Positions 10,813 to 19,644 of a DNA stretch of 64,000 bases are shown here, in pieces. The notes under the pieces were generated by a model. That model did not search any database, was not told the origin of the DNA, and saw nothing but the letters and a program-made list of their open reading frames with translations. The position numbers and the translations under genes are program-made. Every line of letters begins with the position of its first letter. Position 1 is the stretch's first letter. Source of the DNA: an uncultured cyanobacterium (GTDB lineage Bacteria > Cyanobacteriota > Cyanobacteriia > PCC-9006 > JAAUQQ01); contig OY970368.1 in the NCBI GenBank assembly GCA_963718615.1, forward strand, positions 480,001 to 544,000, read 5' to 3'.

Positions 10813-11748
10813 TCATCCCTTGCCCAAACTCCGCTCCGCCAGCCAATCCACCCAATCCTGCACCGTTTCAAACGCCAACAGCCCCTCACTTAACGCCTCC
10901 AATTCATCGCCAGAAAGCTGAGCAATCTGTGCCTCGATCGCCGGGGGAATCTCCCCAAACTTGCGGCTAAACTGACGCAGGAGGAGCGATCGCTGCCCCC
11001 GCAAAATTCCCTCCTGCAATCCTTCTTCCCGAGAAGTCTCTACCACATTGTTCAAGTCGCGATAATACTTCAGGCTATTTTGATAGGTATCCTGCTCCTC
11101 AGGGGTAAAATTTGCAATTTCTGCCACTTCAAATAACTCATTAAAAATCTCCTCTTGTAGCAGTTGAGGCGGATCACTCAAATTTGCCAGATTCTTTAAT
11201 AAAAACATCCATCGATCAAAGTGGGAGCTAAGCTGGTCAAGGGTTTTCTGAAATTTCGGCAATTCAATGTAGATAAACTTGAGCTTGTCATAGAAAACTT
11301 TGCACTGCTGATCCTTCAACTCAACCCAATGTACGATCTCAGCAGAGTCCCTATCTTCATCAAACACAAAATCTAAAATTCCAACGGCATAAACAGGGGC
11401 TAGTTTATAGTTCCAATCGCCTTTTAAGGCTTGCTCTTGAATGGGAAACGTCGCGTAGTAAACACTTCGATCCTTGAAGAAATTCTGCTTTGCCTTTTGA
11501 ATCTCAACGATAAATCGCTCTCCATTCATTCCTTGACAATAGATATCAAAAATTGCCTTGCGATCGATTGGCGTATTTCCCAGATTCTCATTGTTTTTGA
11601 ATGTCACATCCTCAATCTGGCGATTCTGAGGCAATAGGGTATTCAAAAAATCAATCAGCAACCGCTTATGGGGCTCCGTGCCAAACACCCGCTTGAAGCC
11701 AAAATCGGTCAGTAAGTTGATGTACTTGTCTTGTAGCGGATAAGCCAT
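10813..11748 (-). CDS. Rpn-family recombination-promoting nuclease / PD-(D/E)XK 'putative transposase' with DUF4351-like C-terminus
   Basis: TDFGFKRVFG, FDIYC, FIVEIQK, YIELPKF; EEGLQEG linker and helical tail. Confidence 0.9.
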   Translation of the reverse strand: MAYPLQDKYINLLTDFGFKRVFGTEPHKRLLIDFLNTLLPQNRQIEDVTFKNNENLGNTPIDRKAIFDIYCQGMNGERFIVEIQKAKQNFFKDRSVYYATFPIQEQALKGDWNYKLAPVYAVGILDFVFDEDRDSAEIVHWVELKDQQCKVFYDKLKFIYIELPKFQKTLDQLSSHFDRWMFLLKNLANLSDPPQLLQEEIFNELFEVAEIANFTPEEQDTYQNSLKYYRDLNNVVETSREEGLQEGILRGQRSLLLRQFSRKFGEIPPAIEAQIAQLSGDELEALSEGLLAFETVQDWVDWLAERSLGKG

Positions 11749-11859
11749 CACCAGAGTGCCTGCCAAAATCACGTCTCAGCCCACTCTATTTTAGCGACAA
11801 GCCCCTTCCATCCTGAAGTGGATGTGAGATCTCACCCCATAGACAAACGTTGTTTGTCT

Positions 11860-13185
11860 CTACAAGGAAATCTCCGCCAAATCTTCGTTGAGCACGTCAA
11901 AGGTTTTCCGCGACTCAGAAGGCTCCACCCGCGTATTAGCCTCGACTGCGGACGCTCGATCTGCCAACACATCCTGCGGACGCTGTTCTGAGATGTGAAT
12001 CTGCACCAAATCCTGAAACGCCTCCACAGACCGCAGCCGCTTGAAATCCGCATCCACCCGCGCAATCTCCCGGTAGATCTCCGGCTGCGCGTCAATGACT
12101 TGCTTCAAATCATCCAGGGCTTCTGCAAACTCCCCGATCAGCGCATGACAACTGGCCCGATTGTAAAGACAGTCCCAGTGGTCTGGCTGCTGCTGGAGCG
12201 CCCAATCATAACTCTCGATCGCCTTACGATATTTCCCAATTTGAGCCAAGGCCACACCGCGATAGTAGGCCGCACTGGCCAAATCTGGCTTGAGCAACAA
12301 GGCTTCTTCGTAGCTGGCGATCGCATCCCGATAGCGATTCAAATTCCCCAGGGCATTCCCGCGATTTTCCCAGACTTCCGGATAGTTGGGCTGTAGCGTC
12401 AGCACCCGGTCATAGCTGACCAGCGCCGACTCATAGCGCTCCAAGTTATAGAGCACATTGGCTCGACCATTCCAGGCTTCCAGACTGCTAGGGCGCAGCA
12501 AAATCGCCTGTTCGTAGCTATCCAGCGCTTCTTCGTTGCGGCCCAACGCAAACAGCAAATAGGCGCGGTTGCGCCAGGATGGGTAGTAGGTGGCATCCTT
12601 GGCGATCGCCCGTTCAAAATCCTGTAGTGCCGTCTCCCATTTGCCCATCTGCCCCAGGAGAAAGCCACGGTTATTCAGGGCTTTAGCAAAATCCGGCTGC
12701 AAACTCAAGGCTTGGTCATAGTTCGCCAGGGATTCCTCCAGCCGATCCAGCTTGCGCAGGACCACCCCACGACCATTCCAGGTTTCTGCCGATTGGGGCG
12801 CAAGGGCCGACGCATATTCCCAGTTTTGCAATGCTTCTTCATAATGGCCCATGCGATCGAGCACTTCCGCTCGCTGAATCCAAGCATCCGCACATTCCGC
12901 ATTCAGCGTCAGACAACAGTTATAGCTCGCCAAGGCTTCATCGTACTGGCGCAACCGCATCAACAGAATGCCTCGCTGAATCCAAGCTTCCAGATTCTTC
13001 GGATTCATCGCCACCTGCCGATCCCACTCCAGCAGGCGCTCCCGCAGTAGCTCCGCACGCCGTTCCGCATGGTTGGGAGTTACTCGGATCTTGTCGATGT
13101 CAATCTTTTCCTGCGCTTCAGAAATTTCAGCGCGAGGCACACCAGGCCGAATCATAACGTCAGAATCCGTCGGGATGGAAAGCAA
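11860..13185 (-). CDS. tetratricopeptide repeat protein
   Basis: About nine 34-aa repeats of type W..RG..L..L.RY.EA..SYD.AL; C-terminal YNRASC..DADF motif; start uncertain. Confidence 0.9.
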   Translation of the reverse strand: MLSIPTDSDVMIRPGVPRAEISEAQEKIDIDKIRVTPNHAERRAELLRERLLEWDRQVAMNPKNLEAWIQRGILLMRLRQYDEALASYNCCLTLNAECADAWIQRAEVLDRMGHYEEALQNWEYASALAPQSAETWNGRGVVLRKLDRLEESLANYDQALSLQPDFAKALNNRGFLLGQMGKWETALQDFERAIAKDATYYPSWRNRAYLLFALGRNEEALDSYEQAILLRPSSLEAWNGRANVLYNLERYESALVSYDRVLTLQPNYPEVWENRGNALGNLNRYRDAIASYEEALLLKPDLASAAYYRGVALAQIGKYRKAIESYDWALQQQPDHWDCLYNRASCHALIGEFAEALDDLKQVIDAQPEIYREIARVDADFKRLRSVEAFQDLVQIHISEQRPQDVLADRASAVEANTRVEPSESRKTFDVLNEDLAEISL

Positions 13186-13415
13186 GCAAACTGGGGAATG
13201 AGCCCTGTGATGATTGCCCTGTGATGATTATTTAAAAAGGTTGTTCACCCTATCGTTCGCTGTCAAGTTTATGCACCCGATAGGTACCTTACCGCATTTC
13301 TCCGGGAAAGCGGGAGATTACTGAGATATCAAATGGGAATTGGGGTGGCTTCCGAGAGATTACGGGAATTGATATTGATTAAGAAGGTTGCACTGCGGCG
13401 ATCGCTCAACGATAC

Positions 13416-14216
13416 CTATCGACTGATAATCCCAGACCACTGCACCTGCTTTTTCTGGGTGCGGCGATAGGAAAAGAAATAGTCCGGTGTTTGAAACGTG
13501 CAGTGGGGGGCGATCGCCACCTGTTCCGCCGCCAACCCCAACCGGGCCAATTGCAGCCCATTCACCCGACGGACATCGAGCTTGACCTTACCGGGTTCTG
13601 GATCCGACAAAATGGGCGATTGGGGTAAGGCTTGTAAGGCTTCCAGAATCTGCTCGTCTTCCTGCTGATCAGCTCCGTCAATGAGGCTGCGGCCCGTTTG
13701 CACGGCTACGGCTACAGCCACTTGATAGACTTCCCCTGCGATCGCCGGCCCCAAAGCCACCCGCAAATCACCAATCTGACTCCCTTGGGACTGGAGCTGA
13801 GCGATCGCCACCGGCACAATTTTCGCCGCCGTCCCCCGCCAGCCCGCATGGACCGCCGCCACCTGCCCCGTGCTAGCATCCGCAATTAAGGCTGGCGTAC
13901 AATCCGCGCTACAGACCCAAACCGATTGCTGGGCCTGGGTTGAAACCAATCCATCCGCTGGATCAAATTCCGCCTCTTCTTCCTCGTCCACAGCAATCGG
14001 GACCACATCCGCCGTGCACAACACCTGGTTCCCATGGACCTGCTTGACTCGATACACTGGCACCTCAGGGTTTAGAGCTGCGACCAAACGACCGGGGCGA
14101 TCGGGCGACCATTGCTGGGTGAAAAAACCGTGCTGCCAATCGTTTAATAATTCACAGGTCAAAAACGGACGACCTTCGTAAACTTGCCAATGCCATTGCT
14201 CCATCTCCAAACTCAT
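13416..14216 (-). CDS. pgeF: peptidoglycan editing factor PgeF (YfiH laccase-domain protein)
   Basis: HGFFT, QVHG, ADCTP, AAVHAGWRG, GPAI, CT..FFSYRR. Confidence 0.93.
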   Translation of the reverse strand: MSLEMEQWHWQVYEGRPFLTCELLNDWQHGFFTQQWSPDRPGRLVAALNPEVPVYRVKQVHGNQVLCTADVVPIAVDEEEEAEFDPADGLVSTQAQQSVWVCSADCTPALIADASTGQVAAVHAGWRGTAAKIVPVAIAQLQSQGSQIGDLRVALGPAIAGEVYQVAVAVAVQTGRSLIDGADQQEDEQILEALQALPQSPILSDPEPGKVKLDVRRVNGLQLARLGLAAEQVAIAPHCTFQTPDYFFSYRRTQKKQVQWSGIISR

Positions 14217-14239
14217 TATTTAGCTCCTTTGATTCCCCA

Positions 14240-15094
14240 ATGGTGCAGTTTAGGACAGAACAACTAGAAGCGGAACTGAAGTGGCTGTGGCCGGAGGGAA
14301 TGCCCTTTGGGCCGACGCTGCATGTTTATGAAGAACTGGGGTCTACGAGCGATCGCCTCAACAACTTGCTGAAAACCGGAGCACCCGCCGGAACCACCGT
14401 CCTCGCCCAAACCCAAACCCAGGGCAGAGGGCAACAGGGTCGCACCTGGGTGTCTGCGTCGGGAGGACTGTACCTCTCCATGGCCCTCGCCTGCCGCTGT
14501 CCCGCCCAAGAAGCGGCTCGCCTCACCCTCGGCAACGCCTGGGGAGTTGCAACCGCCTTGCGAGAGCAGGCCATTCCCGTTGCGCTAAAATGGCCCAACG
14601 ATATTTTGCTGGAGCGTCGCAAGCTGGGTGGAATCCTGACGGAGAGCCGATTGCGGGGGGGAGAAATTTATCAGGCCGTCGTTGGGGTTGGACTGAATTG
14701 GGCCAATGATGTTCCCGAGCCTGGAATTATTCTTCAACCTTTCCTGGCGAAGACCCAAAACCTGCGAATAACGTCCCTGGAAACTCTGGCAGCGGTCGTT
14801 CTGCGCGGTTTAGCACTGGGTTACCAAAAATGGCAAGCAAGGGACGTACCTTTATCAAATCTCCTGGAAGACTATGAAAAGTTCGTCAATCTTCAGGGTC
14901 GGCCTGTTGAAGTTTGTAATCAGTGGGGAAAGATTATTGGGATATCCTCTGTGGGAGAAATAAAAGTTCAGTTCGATGGACCTGTTGCAGATTTACCTTC
15001 CACGGTTGTCAATGGGGCTAAACCATGCGCTGGGCAGAACCTTCGACCCATTCTGAGATTTCCCCCCGGCTCAATTAACTTGGGTTACGATTAA
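14240..15094 (+). CDS. birA: biotin--[acetyl-CoA-carboxylase] ligase
   Basis: QTQGRGQQGRTW, LKWPND, KLGGILTE, GVGLN. Confidence 0.93.
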   Translation: MVQFRTEQLEAELKWLWPEGMPFGPTLHVYEELGSTSDRLNNLLKTGAPAGTTVLAQTQTQGRGQQGRTWVSASGGLYLSMALACRCPAQEAARLTLGNAWGVATALREQAIPVALKWPNDILLERRKLGGILTESRLRGGEIYQAVVGVGLNWANDVPEPGIILQPFLAKTQNLRITSLETLAAVVLRGLALGYQKWQARDVPLSNLLEDYEKFVNLQGRPVEVCNQWGKIIGISSVGEIKVQFDGPVADLPSTVVNGAKPCAGQNLRPILRFPPGSINLGYD

Positions 15095-15153
15095 AACGGC
15101 CTAGCCAGACTTCATCAAACGTAAACATTAAAACGTAAGTGATATAGCGAGTA

Positions 15154-16929
15154 ATGACACCTCAACCGTCCAAGGATTACGCCAACGCCTTGCAGCGTCA
15201 GCGCCTGTTTAAATCACTCGGCTGCATCGGGAGCTTAGGTCTCTTAAGTAGTGGCTTAATGAGTGGGATGGCCTTGTCTGAAGAAGCGCGCGATGCCGCT
15301 CAGACAAATTCCAAGGACGTTGCCTCGGTGGTCGTTCCGCAACTGCTGGCCCAGTTAGAGTCTGATCCCAGTATTGAATCTGCCCCTGAGCCTCCAGCAT
15401 TTTCCAGCGAGGCGGTCGATCTCGCACCGCCCCCCGCCCCGGTGGAAGCGGCTCCAGCGGAGCCTGTCCCGGTGGAAGCCCCCATTCCTGCGCCCGAAAT
15501 CGAGCCCCCCGTCGTTAATCTTGCCCCCGAGGATTTGGCTCCACCCAGCTCAGAAAGCTATGAGGAGCAGATCATTTCTCCGATTAATGATGCTGCGGCG
15601 ATCCAGGGCAGCAACACGATGATTGACTCAACGGATCTCTATTCAACGGGCGCAACCCAGCGGGGTACGGTTCAGCAGGTCCAGCCCCAGGTCGTCGTGA
15701 CCGATCGCAGCAACGGCTGCCAGCAGACCCTCCAAGCCAATGGACTAGCGGGGAATTGTGGCTCAACGGCGATCGCCCCCACAGCCAAGGGCAACAACGC
15801 AGCCCAATCCAGCGGCAATCCAGGCGCTAACCTCGCGAATTCCAGCCCCACAGGCGCAAGAGGCAACATTGCTGCGGATGCACCGAACGTGCAATTTACC
15901 GGCGCACATCCCGCACCCAATGCCCCTGCGACCACCCAAGTGGCGGGCGACGCTTCTTATCAAGGCGGCTACAGCGTCACCTTCCCTGGCAAAATGCAAA
16001 ATCCGCTACAAATGGCGGTTCAAAGCCTCGGCCAAACCCTGTCTCAATCTGTCGATGTGGCGAGTTACTATGCTCGGACGGTTCGGCCTTTGGGCCTGCG
16101 GGGGAATGGCGATCGCCAACTCCTATTCCCCCTTTCGGTACCCGCACCGATTTCTTCAGTCTTTGGCTGGCGACTGCACCCCATTGCCAATAGCTGGCGT
16201 TTCCATAGCGGGACTGACCTCGCAGCGGATCAGGGCACGCCGGTGGTGGCGGCGCTCTCGGGCCAAGTCAGCACCGCAGATTTTGTCGGGGGTTATGGAT
16301 TGACAGTGGTCATTGACCATGTTGGCGGCCAAAGTGAAACCCTGTATGGTCACCTTTCAGAAATCTTTGTGCGTCCTGGCCAGGTGGTTCGCCAAGGGGA
16401 AGTGATTGGTCGCGTTGGCAGCACCGGCAACTCTACGGGTCCCCATTTGCACTTTGAGGTTCGCCAGTTCGATCCGAACAGTGGTTGGGTGGCGGTTGAC
16501 CCCGGTCGCTATTTGGAAGGTGCAGTGGCGCAACTGATGAATGTCTTGCGTAACGAGCCGGTTCAGACGGCGCAGCTGAGCCCAATTCCCCTGGCCCAAA
16601 GCATTCCCATCCAGCTGAAGCAGGGTCAGCCTAATCTCTCGACAGGACTGATGCCGCTGCTCCAGCAGACCGCTGTACAAAAACCCGTACAGCCCACAAC
16701 GCCGCTGGAACGGGCAGTGGTTCAAGTGGTGAAGTCCCTGGAAACCCAGCCGAATCTGTCCCCTACTCCTATTCAGCCCCCAACAGCGACGCGCCCCGGT
16801 ACACCCGTTTCTTCTGCGCAGCCGCGCATTGCTCCGCAGCCGATAGCGACGCTGCCTCAGGTCCCGGTCGTCAGCCAAGCAGCCTTAGCGGATACCCCGA
16901 CATTACAAGCTCCACAGCCCATTCGCTAA
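15154..16929 (+). CDS. M23 family metallopeptidase with long Pro-rich linkers
   Basis: FHSGTD (HxxxD), YGHL, GSTGNSTGPHLHFE; N-terminal hydrophobic segment. Confidence 0.93.
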   Translation: MTPQPSKDYANALQRQRLFKSLGCIGSLGLLSSGLMSGMALSEEARDAAQTNSKDVASVVVPQLLAQLESDPSIESAPEPPAFSSEAVDLAPPPAPVEAAPAEPVPVEAPIPAPEIEPPVVNLAPEDLAPPSSESYEEQIISPINDAAAIQGSNTMIDSTDLYSTGATQRGTVQQVQPQVVVTDRSNGCQQTLQANGLAGNCGSTAIAPTAKGNNAAQSSGNPGANLANSSPTGARGNIAADAPNVQFTGAHPAPNAPATTQVAGDASYQGGYSVTFPGKMQNPLQMAVQSLGQTLSQSVDVASYYARTVRPLGLRGNGDRQLLFPLSVPAPISSVFGWRLHPIANSWRFHSGTDLAADQGTPVVAALSGQVSTADFVGGYGLTVVIDHVGGQSETLYGHLSEIFVRPGQVVRQGEVIGRVGSTGNSTGPHLHFEVRQFDPNSGWVAVDPGRYLEGAVAQLMNVLRNEPVQTAQLSPIPLAQSIPIQLKQGQPNLSTGLMPLLQQTAVQKPVQPTTPLERAVVQVVKSLETQPNLSPTPIQPPTATRPGTPVSSAQPRIAPQPIATLPQVPVVSQAALADTPTLQAPQPIR

Positions 16930-16951
16930 CGAGCTGCGGAGGAGTGGCTTT

Positions 16952-17539
16952 CTAATAGGGGCAGGTGTTAGCACCATTGCCACTTTCCTCTCGCATGGCC
17001 CCTAAGATCGTTTCAATGACGACACAGCGACGGCTATTCGGTTGATCGGGGAGTTGAACCGAGACGTAGAGGGGCACTTGAATATTGTTGCCTAGGGTAT
17101 CGAGGGCGATGCTTCCATCAAAGTTAAACACGATGCGTTCAAGGTCGGTGCCTGCACTATCTGAGGCGCTGAGGGTGAGCTCTGTTCCGTCTTCATTTCC
17201 TAACTTTTGTTCGCTAATATAACCAATTTTGGCTGCATCAACTGCGCCCGTTCCATTGGGCCTTGCTCCTTTGGCGGAAAAGCGTTTGATGGATTGTGCG
17301 TTGGCGTCAATTTCAATGCCGTAGGAGGTTCGTTTGGCGATCGCCGAAGACTGAGCCTCTCTCAAATATTGCAATAGCTCTGTACGGGCTTCTCCCACCC
17401 GTTGACGATTCATAAAGGCTAACCAGCTTGGGGCGGCGATCGCCGCCAAAACCCCAGCAATCACAACAACAACCAGCACTTCTGTGAGCGTAAATCCCTG
17501 TTCTGGATGAAGGGGCTGGGTTGGGAATAATTTTTTCAT
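16952..17539 (-). CDS. type IV minor pilin (FimT/FimU-like; HpsD-like)
   Basis: G|FTLTEVLVVVVIAGVLAAIAAP prepilin motif; C-terminal RRCVVIETILG. Confidence 0.88.
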   Translation of the reverse strand: MKKLFPTQPLHPEQGFTLTEVLVVVVIAGVLAAIAAPSWLAFMNRQRVGEARTELLQYLREAQSSAIAKRTSYGIEIDANAQSIKRFSAKGARPNGTGAVDAAKIGYISEQKLGNEDGTELTLSASDSAGTDLERIVFNFDGSIALDTLGNNIQVPLYVSVQLPDQPNSRRCVVIETILGAMREESGNGANTCPY

Positions 17540-17624
17540 GAATGAGGCGCTCCTGAAGTTGTGGCAGGGTTCACGTGAATTAAGGGAAAAATTCTCGTAA
17601 TGGTTTTGAATATGTATGGTTGTT

Positions 17625-18767
17625 TTATCGAGTTCTATCAATCACCCCTCGCATACTAATTTGGGTTTCCATGGTCGGCAAGAAGCTATCACTTTGTACG
17701 CCACCCCGTCCTTTAGCATTACCGCGTAAATATACAATCACATCTTGAACTTCGCCAGTTCTAGGATTACCAATTCGCTCACGAGGAGGGGTAGCCGTAT
17801 CATTGGGATCAATTTCTCTTGTGTTGCGAATACAGACAAAAAAGCTAGGATTGGGATTAGTTCCTTTGACAGGGGTCATTAAATAGTCATTATCTTGAGG
17901 GCGGCTATTATCTTTGTAGCCCGGACAATCAGACCGTTCAGCAAAGCCGTTGGTTTTTCTTTCCTGGGTCGATGTATCAACAAAATCAACTAACGTTGAG
18001 GGAATGCCTGCATCAGCAGGTGGAAAACTGCCGTTGATGTTAGGACACTTATTTGAATCTTGGCAGTTATCTTTATTGGTTCCAGAAACCTGTATGGGCC
18101 AAGACACAAAATCTCCCAGTTCCGCCGGATCCACATAGCCCGCATTTCTCGTTAGGGTATTGATATTGCTGTATTTTTCGAGCTCATAGCGAACGATCCG
18201 AGAGTTCCCCTTCCAGATACCGTTCGGATTGGTCGCGTTATTATTAGGGACTTCAAAATAAGCAACGAAACTATAGGCTCGGCGCTGGAGCCGTAGATTG
18301 TCGCATTCTTTTTTCTTGGGATCTGTAGCACCAAAACCCGCACAAACGGCTGCGCTGGGTGGGTCTAAGGGTTTGGGTTTCCAAAAGGCTAACGCCGGTC
18401 TGTAGGTGCCGTTATCAATACCGGTTTTAAGATTCGTGGGTAAGAAGTTTTTGTAGCTGGGCTGCGATGTTGGGTCTTCAGGATGGGCAGAGTCATCGTA
18501 GATATAAACTGCTTGCCGAACATCACTCGCGATGTAGTCTAATGAAAGTTGCATTTCTCGCTGCGTTTCAGTTCTGCTAGATTCGCGTTGTTCTGTACCG
18601 ACTAATTCAACCACTAAGCTCAACAAAGCAGAAACAATAATACTGCCAATAATCACAACCACGAGTAGCTCGGTAAGCGTGAAGCCATGGGGCGAATTGG
18701 GAGAGAGGGGCGATCGCCCTCGCCGATAGTCCGATAAGTTTAAAAACAGTTTATTCAGCTTACCCAT
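17625..18767 (-). CDS. type IV minor pilin (PilW-like; HpsC-like)
   Basis: G|FTLTELLVVVIIG; EMQLSLDYIASDVRQAVYIY; VYLRGNA. Confidence 0.85.
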   Translation of the reverse strand: MGKLNKLFLNLSDYRRGRSPLSPNSPHGFTLTELLVVVIIGSIIVSALLSLVVELVGTEQRESSRTETQREMQLSLDYIASDVRQAVYIYDDSAHPEDPTSQPSYKNFLPTNLKTGIDNGTYRPALAFWKPKPLDPPSAAVCAGFGATDPKKKECDNLRLQRRAYSFVAYFEVPNNNATNPNGIWKGNSRIVRYELEKYSNINTLTRNAGYVDPAELGDFVSWPIQVSGTNKDNCQDSNKCPNINGSFPPADAGIPSTLVDFVDTSTQERKTNGFAERSDCPGYKDNSRPQDNDYLMTPVKGTNPNPSFFVCIRNTREIDPNDTATPPRERIGNPRTGEVQDVIVYLRGNAKGRGGVQSDSFLPTMETQISMRGVIDRTR

Positions 18768-18832
18768 GGTTCTTTCCATCCTTGATAACCGGCCCAACAG
18801 AAGCAACTAACGAATTTGACAATCGTTTTTCT

Positions 18833-19522
18833 CTAGTTGTACTTTTGGTTGATGTAATTATTCATCTCTGTCAATCCACCTGTTTGGCTGCCTCGACTCA
18901 TTTCGGTGTACATCACAACCAAGGGACGAGTCGATCTTTGTTTAGTACCGGATGTAAAACCGACTGAAGCCGGTTCAGTTTGCAACGCAGCTACAGGATT
19001 CTGGCTTGCATCAAATGCCTCGCTGCTATAAACCCGCACGCCCATATTGAAGGCAATGGTTTCTCCCTCTTCAGGCCAACCTGCATCTCGAAAAGTTTGG
19101 ACATAGAGACCATTGCTCGCGGCTGATTGATAGACGCTCGTGGCTGAAACACAAGTGGCTTCCCCAGGGGCTTCTCCCGCACAAAATTGGGTTGGCGCAC
19201 CCATTTCTTGAAGATTTTTGGGGCTAATGGTGTCAGGAGCCTCTGGGGGTAAGCGTCCTGAGGTTTCAAGGTCAGCAAAGGTTTCACTTCCCATCATCAA
19301 TAACCGCACTCGCTCAATCTCCGCCTGAGCCACTTGCAGCGCTTGCTCGGTACGCCGATTATTCACACGGGTCCCCACCGCCAGAAAAACCGGCGGTGTG
19401 ATAACGGTCACCACGACAGTAATAATAATCATGGCAACCAAAGCTTCAAGCAGGGTTAAGCCGCTGTCGTTCTGAGACGGTTGAGCCTGGTGTTTGGCTT
19501 TGGCCTGGTGCAGCGGCTTCAT
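18833..19522 (-). CDS. type IV minor pilin (PilV-like; HpsB-like)
   Basis: G|LTLLEALVAMIII; PPVFLAVGTRVNNRRTEQALQVAQAEIERVR; MGVRVY; start uncertain. Confidence 0.85.
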   Translation of the reverse strand: MKPLHQAKAKHQAQPSQNDSGLTLLEALVAMIIITVVVTVITPPVFLAVGTRVNNRRTEQALQVAQAEIERVRLLMMGSETFADLETSGRLPPEAPDTISPKNLQEMGAPTQFCAGEAPGEATCVSATSVYQSAASNGLYVQTFRDAGWPEEGETIAFNMGVRVYSSEAFDASQNPVAALQTEPASVGFTSGTKQRSTRPLVVMYTEMSRGSQTGGLTEMNNYINQKYN

Positions 19523-19644
19523 GATCCCGAGGACCTGGGCTGCTCTAATCAATTTTCGATGCGCTAAGCCAACTGTGCTGACCATGGTGCTTGCCTTGTA
19601 AACCATCTTGAACGAACGATACACCCTAACCCCATTGTTCCCGT

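Noticed and set aside
10813-11748. Rpn gene as an IS element
   Set aside because: No terminal inverted repeats or target duplication seen; the family is a nuclease rather than a demonstrated transposase.
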